Assembly (NCBI GenBank): GCA_964247055.1
Contig: OZ176054.1
Location: 10,044,001-10,108,000 of the forward strand
Source: Paragordius varius
Lineage: Eukaryota; Animalia; Nematomorpha
Direction of reading: 5' to 3'
Length of the DNA stretch: 64,000 bases
The notes beneath the pieces were generated by a model that was not told where the DNA came from, made no database searches, and saw nothing but the letters and a program-made list of their open reading frames with translations. Positions 27,501 through 41,859 of the stretch are shown one piece after another. The translations under genes and the position numbers were made by a program. Within the stretch, counting starts at the first letter, position 1. Each line of letters opens with the position of its first letter.

Positions 27501-30500
27501 TTGCGATGGTAAGAATGGACTATGGTTGCTTGTAACATTTATACCGGTATAATTTTGATAGCTCCTATTTTTCTGATTATATATATTTTGATTGGAAAGG
27601 GGGGAACTGTAATACGCACTATTATTGGGCAACATTGATGATGGGGCATATCCATTCAACAAATTATTCGTGTTAAAATTATTATTATTATTATTAAGAA
27701 AAGAATTCGTCGAATATGGATTCGAGTTGCTATATATTGAATGTTGCTGATGGGATTGAAATGATCTATTACCACCATATTTGGATTGTGTAAAATTTGT
27801 TGGTTGGAGAGGCCTTTGAGATTCGCTCATAGACGTGTTATAATCGGCAGCGGATTTGTCAAAATCACTAAATAAACGGTGTTAATAGAATTTTTGTTTT
27901 CGAAAAAATACTCAGAAATGCGAAATATTTTAAATTTACCTCTGATTTGTTCGAGAATCAGACCTACTATTAGCATCTACTGTATCACGCAGTATGTTAG
28001 CACGTTCTTGAGTATTTGTATTGTGATCTAGTTTAGATATCATTCCATCATTGGTTTCAGGCAGATTAAATTCGCCTTGCCTTTTACTATTATGTTGATC
28101 GTATTGACCAGCTTCACATGACATATTAGCATTTGATACACAAGAACCGTCAATCGAAGATGTATAAGTTGGTGGTTGATTTCGAAGTGTATTTTCACCA
28201 TTTCCATTTTTATCGTGTGAGGAGTCTTTAGAGATACTAACAGTATCAATAGGATTTGAATGTGAAATATTAAGGCCGTGATTAGTATTGTTATGTAAAG
28301 TATTTTGCGACTGTTGCTGTATATTGTTATTACTATGTGGGGAATAGAATGATTGTTGTGTAGCATGAAGAGGACCAGTTTCATCCGAAAAAGGATTTTT
28401 TGCATTCACATTTGTGAGAAGGTTATTAGGATAAGGCGGTCCATGGCTGCCATAAAAGTTATTCGCGTACTGACCATGTGAAGGGCCATAGTTTTGGTGA
28501 TGTTGTGGATAAGCGGCATGACTAGATGATACAGCAAAGCTATTATACAGTTTGGAGTTTAGATTTGGATTGTTGGTGGGGGCGAACATGGATGGTGTAT
28601 TATTGTGTGGTGAAGCATTGTAATACAAAGCCGTTGTTGGAATAACATTACAGGAGGGGGTATTGTTTAACGTTGTACCGGTCTCACTTGTCTGTCGCTT
28701 TTCATTATCTGGCTGGGTATGTTCCCTGTCTGTGGCAGAAGATTGTGCTAAAAAAAGAATTTTTTATGTTATATCACGTAGAAACAAAAAAAGCTAAAAT
28801 AGATATTTGTGATAAAAATACATACAAAAATTGATATTTATACCATCTCCGCTAGGCTTTTTCCGTTTCTTTTTAACTGTCGCTTCAATTTGGGCTATAA
28901 TGGGTGCCGGGTCGACTCCTCCCAAATCAAATTTACATTCGTAGTTAAGGAGACATTTTATGTATTGTTTCCGAAGATTGAAAGAAGCACTAGCTGAATG
29001 TCCATCTAAAATTTGAGCAGCTATTTCTCTCCATTGTTTCCGTTGATTTACCTGTCCAAGCGATAGATAATGGATATGGAACATGAAATATATAAATATG
29101 GTCTGAGTGTATTTAAACAAATTTGATGCCAAATAAACTCTTTAAAAACTTATTAATACTCAAAATATATAATTTTTGTAACATTTAATGAACAATAATT
29201 TTTTTAAGGTTGTTAAAATTTATATTTAGGAAAAAGGTGGTAAACGCAATTCAGTTAATTATCCCAATAGATCCTAATGATTTTTCAATATAAAATGAGG
29301 ACTATTTTCAACGAAATGTTACCAAATATGCCTGTATTTTTTAAAAAAAGGTATACCAAACTAAAAATCTTAAATAATAAAGAGAATAAAAGATTATGGT
29401 GTAAGTTTTTTACTATGAATAAAATTTCATATATAAAAAGGATTCACCATGGTTGTTCCACCTCGCTCTTTAACCATATGATAGAGTTTGTACAAATCTA
29501 TGTAAGCTTTGCTAACTGTTGGTATGTATGGAATAGGATTAGAATTTTGTTCATTAAATTTTAACATGTGGTCTAAGAAAAACTTTCTGTCCGGTTCATT
29601 GCCAAATTCATAAAGCCGTGAAATAGGTTCATTTTTCTACAATGAAAAGGTGAAAAAAATTTAATAAAGATTATTACAAATGTAAATTAAGAAAAAACCT
29701 TTATTTTTATAGGAATATGTGGTGGTCTTTCGAGTGATGATGAAAAGCAACCAGGGCTTCCGGATTGTTTTGCAGTCCAACTGGATGGACTAGCTGTATT
29801 CATGGAATTTTCCTCCTTAAAGCTTGTGTTACTTTGTTCGGGTGATGAAAGCATTTTGTTGGAATGATTATTCGTCTGCTTGATAATTATATAATAATAA
29901 GGGTAAGCCAAACGATTATATGTATAATTAAAAAATTGATATCTGACAAATAAATACCAAATCGGTTCTCTTCACATCGTTAGGGTGTTGACTATAATTT
30001 TGGAAGGAATTATTGAAGTTTTCGGATTTCATAGTAACATTCATCCCGGACTGGGGATAATCCATCAAAGAATTGTCATTACTTGTTTGCATACTATTTT
30101 CAAGAGATAATGATGAGGTGTCCCTAAATGAATCGGTTAACTGCTTTTTCTTTTTAGATTTACCATTGTTATCCGCTTTGCAAAGTTTATCCTGAAAAGG
30201 CCTTTTTCCATTTTTACCTAAAATTAAATCAATTTATAGAAATACCTATCGAACTATCTCCTATCGTTGAATTTGGCGTATGTTGATGGTTTTGGTAATT
30301 ATGAAAAGATCCGTTATCACAATACCTCATTGGTGTGGATGAGTTTGGAATATGTTGTTGGTTGTTATAATTATTAGAATTTAATTCAATCCCAGGTGCC
30401 ATATATCTGTGATTTTTATCAGGATAACTTGGAATATATAGGGAATTCACATCAGTATTCCCAATATTGTTTGATAAAGGTCTGCTCAAGATTTGTGTCG

Positions 30501-31377
30501 GTGCCTGGAGTAACTGGTTCAATGTAGGAGTGGAATTTTGTGAAATTAAATTATTATGTTTATCACCATTCGGGTTATTATTATTATCATTATTATGTTG
30601 GGGTGATTTCGTAAAACTTTGCATCTTAGTCTCGTACAATGCACGATTTTCTAATAAACTGCTATTGTAACCCCGAGCTTGCTGGTATTGCATGGCAATT
30701 TTAGAAGTATCTGAGACGGCCACCGAGCTCGAGTAAGGTATTTGATTACCTTTGTAAAAAGTGTTGTTTTGGGCAATGTTGTTGGGATGATTAGATGTAC
30801 CTGGGTACATGTATGCTGTAAAATTGGGGGGATATGGTTGTTGGAGATTTGGGTAGGCATGTGGATTGTTAGGCATTTGAATATAAGGCGCGGCATATGT
30901 GTTTGTGTTAGGATAAAATGGTCCAGGTATTTTCGCTCCAAATGTGTTTGAATGCGACATTAATGGGTATTGTTGTTGTGATTGCTGATGATGTGGTTGA
31001 AATGGACCTACTTGATTGGGCCCGTAGTACCTAGGCGCTTCATTAACAAAGGGTGGATGATTATTTCCGTAATTGTAAAAATTTGCGTTATGATGATGAT
31101 TCTCATGTTGTCCTGGTAAATTGGGTGAATTATTGGCATAGAATGGATAGCTTGCGTTGCTTCCTGCGTTCATAAGACAGGTCTGTGGAAATTGATGTTT
31201 TATCGTTTGTCCGCTACTTCCCATTTTATTGCTGACACCGCCATTCATTTGTGCCCAGTGTAGGCTTTGTTGTTGAACAACACCCGCATTACTGGGTGTG
31301 GCTATGCCACTCAAGTTATTTGGGTTATTAAACCCAGAATCAGGATAAGGCAGCTCTTTAGATATGGAAGCATCCAT
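24535..31377 (-). CDS. ARID1: ARID1/Osa (SWI/SNF BAF250) subunit, about 1789 aa
   Basis: Exons 31377-30246, 30217-29958, 29878-29699, 29636-29448, 29051-28844, 28747-27940, 27867-27398, 27198-26846, 26402-26285 and 26186-24535 total 5370 nt, with GT-AG sites and consistent phases. The ARID domain reads ISRLYEFGNEPDRK...DLYKLYHMVKERGG|VNQRKQWREIA...LRKQYIKCL. It also has the TPTLNQLL LxxLL motif and a BAF250_C start RKLQAKEIG|SAFDMKKMILALRSG...VLDT. The true start codon and one donor (27398) are less certain. Confidence 0.9.
26451..26727. mobile_element. hAT-type MITE in an ARID1 intron
   Basis: Termini caggggtatttaata and tgttgaatacagctg, with internal gggcc motifs. The TSD is degenerate (atttataa/atctctac). 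Confidence 0.55.
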
Positions 31378-33157
31378 TTCAATCTTTCAAAAACTAATAA
31401 AGTATACATATACATAAATCGTAATGGAAAAACTAAAAATGCAAACTATTAAAATGGTTGCCTAAATTTATTTATAAACAAACGAGGCCACCTAAAGTTC
31501 AAAAAGAGTATCATAATTTGTAAATACACAATATGTTATCCAATCTTAAGGCTGTAAATATATGTTTATATGCAAGTTGAAATATTATTAATAGTATATG
31601 TATGAGTAGTACCATTTTAATTTTATAATCTTTTACTGTTCTACTGTGTGGTATTGTGTAATGATAAAATTGATGTAACTGGTATATTAATGGAAGAATT
31701 CCTTGCCATCCAAAAGTCCTGCATAATAGTAAGGCCATCAATAGTTGACGGTCGTGTTAGATAAATCACAGAGAATGGTGTCCACAAAGTAAATTTTATA
31801 CAATTATTTTATTAATCAAGCATCGTTTTGTCGCATGTTTTCCTGACATTGAATATTGAAGAAATTAAACCACGTTTTTTTTCTTTATATGTATGCTTGT
31901 ATAATGTAGTGTGTGCACATGTATAAAAGTATTTTCCAATCATATAACAAAACAATTTTGTTTTTTATTGTTTTATCATAATTATATTTTTCAATGCGCG
32001 ATAAATTAAAAGCTTCCATATAGTTCAAAAGTGTTGTTCATTATTATCATTATTATACATAGTTATTTTAACAGTGTGTAAGCTTATATGGGATAAAGTA
32101 TATATATAATTATATAGCATTTACTAATGATAACAAATAGCGGGATCAATGTATAATAGATAGATGTTAAATAAACGGTGTTTCATCATTATAGTTAGTT
32201 ACATAAAATTTTTTCAGTGTCTATAAAGCAACACATTATGATGAATGAAATTTTTTCACTATTTTAACATGTATAAAGCTGTATAAGCAATTGCGCATAT
32301 TAATGAGTTTTTTCCAAAAGTATAGGCTTAAAGCAATGATATAAACAACATAAAATTACATTAGCAATACATATAATGAGTGCAAATTTAAACAACGCGA
32401 CGAGAAGGATATATACAATGCTTTTATGTAACTAAGTATTATACATATGCGTATACATTAAAAAATGAGAAATGGTAATATTAGATTTTGCCATATCTTT
32501 TTTTATATCTATCTATCTATTTTTATGTGTGTGTATGTGTGTGTGTATCTATTATAAACAGAGAGAAGAGGGAAAAAAAACGATAAATTAAACGAGCTAG
32601 CTAGCTTGCTACTGCATAAAAGGGATATGTGTATATATACACTCACGCAAACATTTTTCACTATAAAATTTTATTATTGAACGCAACAACGCATATAACG
32701 AACGAAAAGGGAGAAATAAGAAAAAAAATATATGTGTGTTTACTTATGAATAATATTATTTTATTTTTTTCTGAACATGTAAACAAGACATACACAGTGT
32801 GTTGCCTATTACAATTTTTCTTCTACTACTACGCAAACTAGCTAACTTTCTTGGTAAAAATTGTATAAATAATAAATGTTAAATATTGAAATAACGTTAA
32901 CTGACCATTTTTCTGGTGTGTGAAATTACCCAATTACTGTTTTTTTATTTTGTAAATATTGATAATAACGGATTTGTTTATGTTTTACTGTGAAAAGTGT
33001 TTTAATTTATTAAACTCAAAATTTTTAGCGGTTGATAACTGGTTATATGCTTTTTTTGAATTGCTATATCACTTGATGTCCTTTCTAATTTTTTCGCGAT
33101 GACATATTGGGGAAGCTTAATTTTGTAAATAATCTACTGTTTCGATATATATAAAAA

Positions 33158-35838
33158 CTAGCTTAAATTTTGTGATGCTAAGCAGCCTTCAGAAGTCCGA
33201 AGGACTTCTGAAGGGGGGTGCTATTTAAAAAAAGGGAAAAATAAAATGATCCATATATGTGGATTATTTCGAAATATTATTTAATAGCTATGATCTCATA
33301 ACATTTTCAAATTCATATTAATATATTTACTTGTGTAAAGGCCCCAAATCGACGGCTAACGGAAAAAACCGCTATACTATATTACCTTTTTATGGATATT
33401 ATTTAAAGCCTTTATTGAACTCGTATGCTTAAGTTTTTTGAATATTGTCTCCAAAGCCACGCCATTTTCGTTAGCGTCTCAGTTTTAAACCGGTAGACCC
33501 CTACCCATAGGCATATATGTAAAAAGCGCCAAGTTAAATTTTTTGACTTTTAGGGAAAATATTTGGAATCATCTTTGAGACCATCTCCTCATGAGCTATT
33601 CGAAAAAAATATCTCTACACTAAATATTCGTTATATGATGGCGTATTTTTAGGGCACAATGGCCCCAATTTAACAGCTAATAAAAAAGGCCTGACCTTAA
33701 TTTTTACCTAGTTACGGGTAATATTTTGAACTTTAAACAAACTCATATGGCATAAGTTTTCTTTAACACTTCGATTTAAATTGGAGTATCTAAATACCCC
33801 ACACTAAATTTAAATTAATATTTTAAAAAAACTACTGAAGGAAACGGTCGCAATTTAAATTTATGCTTCTATCCTGATAAAAATTATGTAAATATGCCAA
33901 AATATCTTGATAAAATTTTGTTTTGAAAAAAAATTCCATCTCAAACTACTTCGACGCCATTTTTATTTTACAAAATTTTTGCAAAATATCTTCTTCATTT
34001 GATTTTAAGGGTTAAACTAAAGCTAATTTTTTATATAAATATATCTAACATTGATAGAAATAGAAAAAGCGGTTTATTTTGTTTTATTTTTTAATTTTAC
34101 AATTTTTGACACATGTCACGTTGACGAAATTTCTACCTTTCGGTTTTAGCTTAAAATATGTAATATGAAGTATTTTTGAATAAATTTTTTTTATATATAT
34201 TGGTTTATTAATGTTATATAAGTGCAAAATTTTGGGTTTCGATTCCTTCCGTACTTTTTAAAGTATTTGATTTTAAACAGGCCTGGGGTATCCAACCACC
34301 CCAATTTGAATCGAAGGGCTAAAATGAGTGTGTTGTATCCAAGTGTTAAATTAGCTCCAAAACAACGCAATTTTTATATAGTGGCGCAGTTTTTGGCGGG
34401 TAGCTACTTACCAAAAGGGAAATAAAAAGCGTGTGGCAAAATTTTTGTTTTTATATGGGTAATATCTGGAATTATAATGTCCATATGTTTCTATCAGTTC
34501 TTAAAATGTTGCTTCAAAACTAAAAAATTGTTCTATGGCGGTGAATTTTTCAGGGCTAAAAACTTTTCTTAGCGACTCATTAAAATAACCCCCTACAAAA
34601 TATTTGTAAGGGGGATTAAATATTTTAGGCCCTTGTCTAACTCACATAGTCTCATAGGTTATCGGAAATTTGGCTCAAAGGCATGTTGCATCGATATAGT
34701 GACGCATTTTTACGCGGGTAGCCCCCTATCCAGATGCCAAATAAAAAAGACGTTCGATAATTTCTTTCCCTTTATATGAGAATACCTGGATCATCATTCA
34801 TTCCATATGTTCATAGTTTATGGAAGAATGGCTTCAAAACCAAATTGTTCAATGATAGCGCATTTTTTAAGGCGTAAAGGGCCTAATTGATGGCTAATTT
34901 AAAAGTACCGCTCGAATTAAATTTTTTCCATTTTACGGATAATATTTCAGGCCCTTATGAAACTTATATGGTCTGATATTTTTTTAAAAATTAACTCCTA
35001 AACAACGCAATTTTGATATGGTGTCGCAGTTTTAGGCGGTTCATACCCAGCGGCTAATACAAAAAAGGGCTTGATTAATTTTTTTTGCCTTTTTACGGTG
35101 AATACCTGGAATCATGATGGCCATATGGTCTCATTAGTTTTAGGAAAAATCGCCTCAAAATTTAAAAATCATTCTATGGCCGTGCAAAGGCCTAATTAAC
35201 GGCTAATTTTAAAAAACCGTACGATCTTAATTTTTGCCTTGTTACGGGTAATATTTTAAGCAGTTATTGAACTCATATGGCCTGATGGGTTTTCTGAAAT
35301 TGACCCCCAAAGGCACGTTATTTTGATACGAAGGGCAGTTTTTAGTGGGTGTTTCCTTACCCAGCAGCCAATATAAAAAAACGCACGACTTAAATTTTTG
35401 CCTTTTAACTGGCAATACCTGGAATCCTCATTGGATTTTTACGGTCTCATAGCTTGGGCGAAAAATAGATTCAAAAATTATTTTTGTGGACTTTGTTATT
35501 GAAAAAAATGGCATATTACGGGGGAGCGGGTAAAAAGAGGGCCTAAATTAAAAAAGCGAGCCGACTATGATCGGCGCAATCGAAAATAACAAAAATCATA
35601 TTTGAAATTGAATGGTCCAAAACGTTCTCCGGAAAATTGTCTCAAAGACACGATTTTTTGGACTTGTGTTTTCAAAAAACCTGTTTTTTACATGGGTAGG
35701 CCCGAACTGGCAAATTTAAAAAGGGCGAAGCTATTGTGGGGGCATTCATTAATAATTATAATTTTTTCGACATTTAGATTTGAATGGGTTCAAAACAAAT
35801 CACAAAGCCACCACTTTGGATTTTTATAAATATATAGA
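33158..35838 (-). mobile_element. Long (2.7 kb) non-autonomous Helitron, copy C, with internal ~320-bp divergent repeats
   Basis: Same terminal sequences as copies A, B and D (ctagcttaaat... and ...ataaatatataga). The module ggtagc..cttacc...ttttgcc..ttacgg..aatacctgga recurs about four times between 34360 and 35450. No RepHel ORF. Confidence 0.8.
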
Positions 35839-37925
35839 TTATTTTAGCTTTTTACTTTTAATTTAAGATTGAGGCAGTCACAAAAAATGATTGATCTAAA
35901 CAGGTGATTAATTATCAAGTTGTATATGCAATATGAAAGCCCTAAAGTAATAGATTTCATAATCATATTATACATTATTGGCCTATTGTATCAGGGATTA
36001 TAAAAAAATAATATTAAATGGTGGCGTTTGAGATAATGATTTTTTACATTTTTTTAAAAGTGTATTATGCACCTAAACGTGTAAAAACAATTTTTAAATT
36101 GCACAATACCATACACACTCTTCAAAATATTCGAATTTCTAATCGCTATGAGATATAAAACTACACAAAAGGTCAATTTGATTGTGTATCACAATATATG
36201 AAATTTTATCTGCTATGTTTAAACAATTATATACATTATACATATCAACACCGTTTCAATTTAGAACACGGATTCCCAACGAAGCCCGCAAAAATTTTGG
36301 AAATTACCCAATTCAAAAATCATAATGCAAAAATGTGGTCACAAAAACTAAAAAATGATCACGTTTAACAAATTTCCCAAATAAATTCTTATAATTGGAA
36401 GCGAATGGAGAAAAATGGTGAATGAATAGTAGTTATATTGTGTTTGTACTTTTACAGTCTTATAATTAAAATTTATTGTACAACTTATCAATGCTCATAT
36501 AATGCGGCCTGCTAGCCATTTGTGTTCAAGATATCTGATGTAGAATTATCTCTTGAGGGTATTATGGTTTAAATAGTCCTTGAAAATGTGTCGAAGCATT
36601 TTCCAGGAAACAGACAGGCCCATTCGAATTTAATCGTTCATATATTCGATCTAAATATAAGAGCGCCGAGCGTTCTAGAATCTCCGCCCGTTTAGAAGGA
36701 TTTTAAAAAACATGTCTTCAATAACATTTTATTTGAATGTCGTTACGCCCGATTTTTAATAGTACCCACTTGTCCCATTTTAAAAACCGCAAATTTCAAA
36801 CATGATTCCAAAACTTGACAGATGCCATAAAATTTTAGACTTGCATATATAAAGGGTGCAAGGAATTGTATTTTTTTATTAATTTTTCGATAATAAATCA
36901 CCAGCTTTCAGACTCAAGGAAAATATATTTAACTGATTCAATGCACACGGCTGTGTTAAGATAATCATCAAATTAAAATTTTGCAAATTAATAAATTTAT
37001 AAGCTCTTAGAGCATCTAGATTTTAGAACATTGGTACACGAAAACTTTTGTCAAACCGAATAAAATATTTGTTGTGTCTTAAGGGCTCTTTTCCATATAA
37101 AATATTTCATGGTTATTTGACACATATTCGGATATGTACTGTATATAGCGGTTTAATACTCATCAAAAATTTAATTATATCAGAGGCTATGTACCATACA
37201 ATACCGATAAATATGTACATATTTTTACTACAAAACATCGAAATTCTCGCAAGCGCTATATTAATTTATTATATAATTGAAGCTTTCCAAAATTCTAAAT
37301 ATTAAAACGCGAATTTTTGTGTATCAAAACATGAATATTGAATTCACATTAAATAATCAGTAGTAATTCACTAACCTAAAGCACCTTAAAAATCGCATGC
37401 CCGTAAGCCCCGGTTTGAGATTGCTATAAAATTTAGCAGGACGCACATAAATCGCACCTAAGATGCCTTTCGCACTATTTAGTAAAAATAGAACTAATAT
37501 TTAGCGGACGCATTTCATCATAACCAGCGATTTGCAATTGGAATTAGCATTCCAGGTTATCTAATGTCTATATGGGCATGTGTCAAATCTATATGTATTT
37601 TTAAATTTCTTTGAAATACACCGGCATATAATATGGGAAAATCAGTAGAGATTTGTAAAAATATTTCAAAAAAAGTAAATAAATGAGTTTCGGAGCTAAA
37701 ATAACAAAATGTAAACATGGAAAAAAATTGCACAAACAATCTTTTAACATGTATAGCGTAGTGTTTAAATAACTTTAGGTAGGGAATCACAAAAAAATTT
37801 CAATTGATAAAATAAAAAATATCTAAAGATAAAAATATCAAAGCAATTAAAAATGAAAAAATCTCAAATATTAGCAGAGGTTCATTAAAAAATATATTTA
37901 ATTATGAATTTAAAAAAGCATTTGA

Positions 37926-37943
37926 GCGGTTTGAGTATCACTG
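37926..37943 (-). repeat. Isolated Buster-family terminus
   Basis: gcggtttgagtatcactg is the reverse complement of the 10082 terminus. The partner end was not found. Confidence 0.55.
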
Positions 37944-38681
37944 TGTTATACAAACATAAATATTTTTGAAAAAATGTATACATTGTTGAAACATTTAACT
38001 CATTGGAAAGATTTAATGAACCGTATATGGTATTTTTAAACCAAAACGCTTTACGATATTATAAAAAAACATTTTTTATGGCATTAAAGATTTCTATTAC
38101 CTCGGAATTCGATTAAAACAATATTATGTGCCAAAAATTTGCTTTCGATATGGAGGAATTATTACAAAGTGAAAATATATTTCCTAATGACACTTAAAAA
38201 CAAAAGCACCAATCGAATCCTGATGCATTCTGTAAATATAATATATTTCGTCGAGATATTTTTCATGTGCACTAATTTCAAACATGATTATGACATCAAA
38301 ATTTCGATAAATAATTTTTAACCCTTTAAGTTAAATTTAAATATAAATTGCATTTAAAATCCTGTTATTTTAAAGCAACTAACCCTTTAAAATTCTAAGT
38401 TGGAAATGATACGCCACATCAAATTATGTAAAAAAGCTGTTTTCCTATATCTTAAAGTAGTTTAATACCATCGTCGTATTCTTTGAATCCATAAAGTAGG
38501 TTTTAACAAATTTTTCAAATTATAAAGCAGGAATACATTCTGTTAATACTCTTTTGATGTAATAATTGAGAGTACAAAAATTGTTACCACGCAATCTAGG
38601 CTTTATTGTCTTTTTAATAAGCCCATATTGAGGGAACAAAACTTAGAAATAATATTTTGATTTTGAAAGGTGGCCTATTGT

Positions 38682-41597
38682 TAAGGTGACCAGACGTCTC
38701 GCTTTTGGCGGGGACAGTCCCGCTTTTTCACACTTTGTCCCGCGTCCCTCTACGTTTTTAAAATGTCCCGCTTTTTCACGATTATATAAAAAAATTTATT
38801 TTAATACAAATAATTTTCTTTTATCCGTTTAAATTTTTTATTTTTAAATTAATTTATTTTTTTCGAATTTATATCGTTGATTATACACTTTCCTTCCTAC
38901 TACTACTGTCATCATTATCAAAAAGCCAAGTTAGTACCACAAATCTCTAGATTAAAAGACAAATTGATACCACAAATCAGTACCTTACACGTTTATTCCA
39001 GAAAATTAAGGTAATATATTTATTATACTAATAGTAGTTTATAAATATGAGCAAAAAAAGAGGTTGTAAATTCAACGATGAATTAATGAAAGATTTTCCT
39101 TTTATCAAAAAAACGAAGAGTAAATCATTTGTTAAACTTATATGCGAGGGGGAATTCACCCTAGCACATGGCGGCAAGCATGATATTACAAAGCATATGG
39201 GAACACAGAAACATGAAAAATGTTTAGATATGGCGGCATCATCTTACAAAATGAGCGATTTTTTTCGAAAAACCGCTTTTGGAGAGGAAGAAAAGAATTT
39301 GGCACTAGCTGAGGGCGTGTTATCTTTTCACGCCGTTAATTACAATCATTCCTTTAGATCTATGGACTGTATCTCACAGGCTATTCGCACGTTATTCCAT
39401 AAAAAATTTAAATGTGCCCGTACAAAAGCTGAAGCCATTGTGTTTAAAAAGATTTGCTGAAAATTAATTTCTTATCCTATACTCTGATGCATCAAATCAC
39501 CATGAAACGAAATTATTTCCCACTTTAATAAGTTATTTTGATTCAGAAACCGGAGTAAAAATTAAAATTTTAGATTTAATTTCTCCACCCGATTTCCGAA
39601 ATAATATTTACATCAATAATGCATATTCTAGAAAAAAATAATTTAAAAGACAAAATCATCGCATATTGCGTTGACAACACCAATACGAACTTTGGTGGAA
39701 AAGCAAGGATGGGATCAAAACATATTTTTCATAAATTAACAGATAATCTTAATCGAAACATTATTGGCGTTAGGTGTGCAGCACATAAATACACAACGCT
39801 ATTCAATCAGCTGCTGATTTGTTACCCCTAGATGTGGAAAATGTAGTTGTAAAAATACATTCCTATTTTTATATATACACGGTACGTGTTGAAGCGCTTA
39901 AAGAATTCTGTGAAAATGCAGAAGCTCAATATCAAAAAATGCTTGAATATTGTAAAACTCGTTGGTTAGCTTTTGTGCCAGCTATCGAAAGAATTTTAAA
40001 AATGTATGATCCTTTAAAATCTTTTTTTATCACACAAATATCCTATAACTTTAAAAAAGTTTTTTGAAATTGATTCTTCAAAAATATGGTTAGAATTCTT
40101 ACATAATCAAGCTTCTCTCTTTCAAAATGTTATTAAATTAGAAGGTAATATCGGCAATCTAAGTAACTAATGAAGTTAATAACGTAAAATTTCAATGTCA
40201 CGAAAGGTTAGAAATCATTTTATACCATTAATCGTCAGCAAAATTATGTATAATTTAGAAAATCAAGGCTTAATAAATCACCAAGATATCCTGTACCATA
40301 TAAAAATGTTTTATACAAACATAAAGATTATTTGGAAGACTGGACGGTGCAATTCACTGAAATTGATCATTTTCATTGGATGACACTCAAACCAGAATTC
40401 AATTGGTGCGATGTTTAAAAATCATTGATTACATCTGCATCTCTCCAAAATTCCCAAAAAGTAATCTTTCAGAGAATGATCTTTTTTCTGAAGTATCATT
40501 GGCTAAAACACATTAATGAAAAAATTAAATTATAGACAACAGAAAAAAATACAGTAGAAAAGAAATGGTTAGAATTATTCCATCATTTTGAAACAAACTA
40601 TGTTCCATAAAATAATGTTTTAATAATTGTGGAATTTGCACTATCTTTACCGGAAACAAACGCTGCTACTGAGCGCGTTTTTTCCACAGTAAATCAGGTG
40701 TGTCGGAAAAATAAATTTAAATAATGAAACTTTAAAAGCCTTTTTATCCAAATATAATTTGACGAATTCTTGTGAAGACTTCTACAATATTTTAAAAAAG
40801 GATGACAATCTGCTAAAACGCATTCACTCAAATAAAAAATATACTAAGGAATACAATATTTTTTTATATTTATGATGTACTAGCGTAAATCTCGTGCTGC
40901 TACGCAGCCCGAGGAAGTTTTTCGGATTTCTGGGGGGGGGGGGGGCTATATGATAAAGTTACAATAAAAGGATCCGCATATGTGGATTATTTCGAAACAT
41001 TAATTAATAGCTATGATCTAATAGGAAGAAAACGGTGCATTCATACTAATATGTTGTTTACTTGGGCGGAAAATAGATTCATAAAATTATTTTTGTGGAC
41101 TTAGTTTTTTGAAAAAATGGCATTTTACGGGGGGAGCGGGTAAAAAGAGGGCCTTAATTAAAAAGGCGAGACTATTATGTTCGGCGTAATCAAAAATAAT
41201 AAACAAAAATCATATTTGAAATTGAATGGTCCAACACGTTCTCCGGAAAATTGTCTAAAAGACACGATTTTTGTGGACTTCTGTTTTCAAAAAAACCCGT
41301 TTTTTACACGGAGTGGGCCCGAACTTGGGTTCTGATTCAAAAAAGTGCGAAGCTATTGTCGGGGCATTTATAAATGATTATATTTTTTCGACATTTGGAT
41401 TTGAATGGGTCTACCGGTTTTCCGGAAACAGATTACAAAGCCAGCATTTTCCATTTTTATAAATATATAGATTTGTGTTAAAAATAAATAAATATTACAA
41501 TAATTTTTTGTATAAAAATTTTTGGTTGTACCCCCCATGCCTTCCCCCCTTTCTCAGATTTGTCCCGCTTTTTCCTTCAATAAATCTGGTCACCTTA
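38682..41597 (+). mobile_element. hAT (Blackjack-like) transposon copy 2, transposase pseudogene
   Basis: TIRs taaggtgaccaga and tctggtcacctta with a near-perfect 8-bp TSD (cctattgt/cctatggt). Fragments run from MSKKRGCKFND through CEGEFTLAHGGKHDITKH, DASNH and CKTRWL to LSLPETNAATERVFS. Confidence 0.92.
40880..41471 (-). mobile_element. Non-autonomous Helitron, copy D, nested in hAT copy 2
   Basis: TC...hairpin-CTAG termini. The empty site in hAT copy 1 (atgtatttctg) shows insertion between A and T with no duplication. Confidence 0.88.
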
Positions 41598-41859
41598 CCT
41601 ATGGTAAAAGGACATCTATGTCGAGAAAAAGGAAATTAAATGGTATGTAGGTTGTTTATTTTCACTAAAAAAATCTGCCTCTTATTTTTGCTGTTTATTA
41701 TTCGTTAAATTACCACCAAATTCGAATGGAAAATACCCCACGGTTTATTTTTTTTCCATTTTTAATGCGGATAGATCATTTATATTAAATTTATCAAAAC
41801 TTTTGCTTTTTTAAAGTTTCTATTCCGGTATATTTGGAAATTCCCATACTCAAAAATAC

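Noticed and set aside
31511-31741. 76-aa ORF as a possible first ARID1 exon
   Set aside because: No homology recognised and no convincing in-phase splice to 31377. It may be a uORF or noise.
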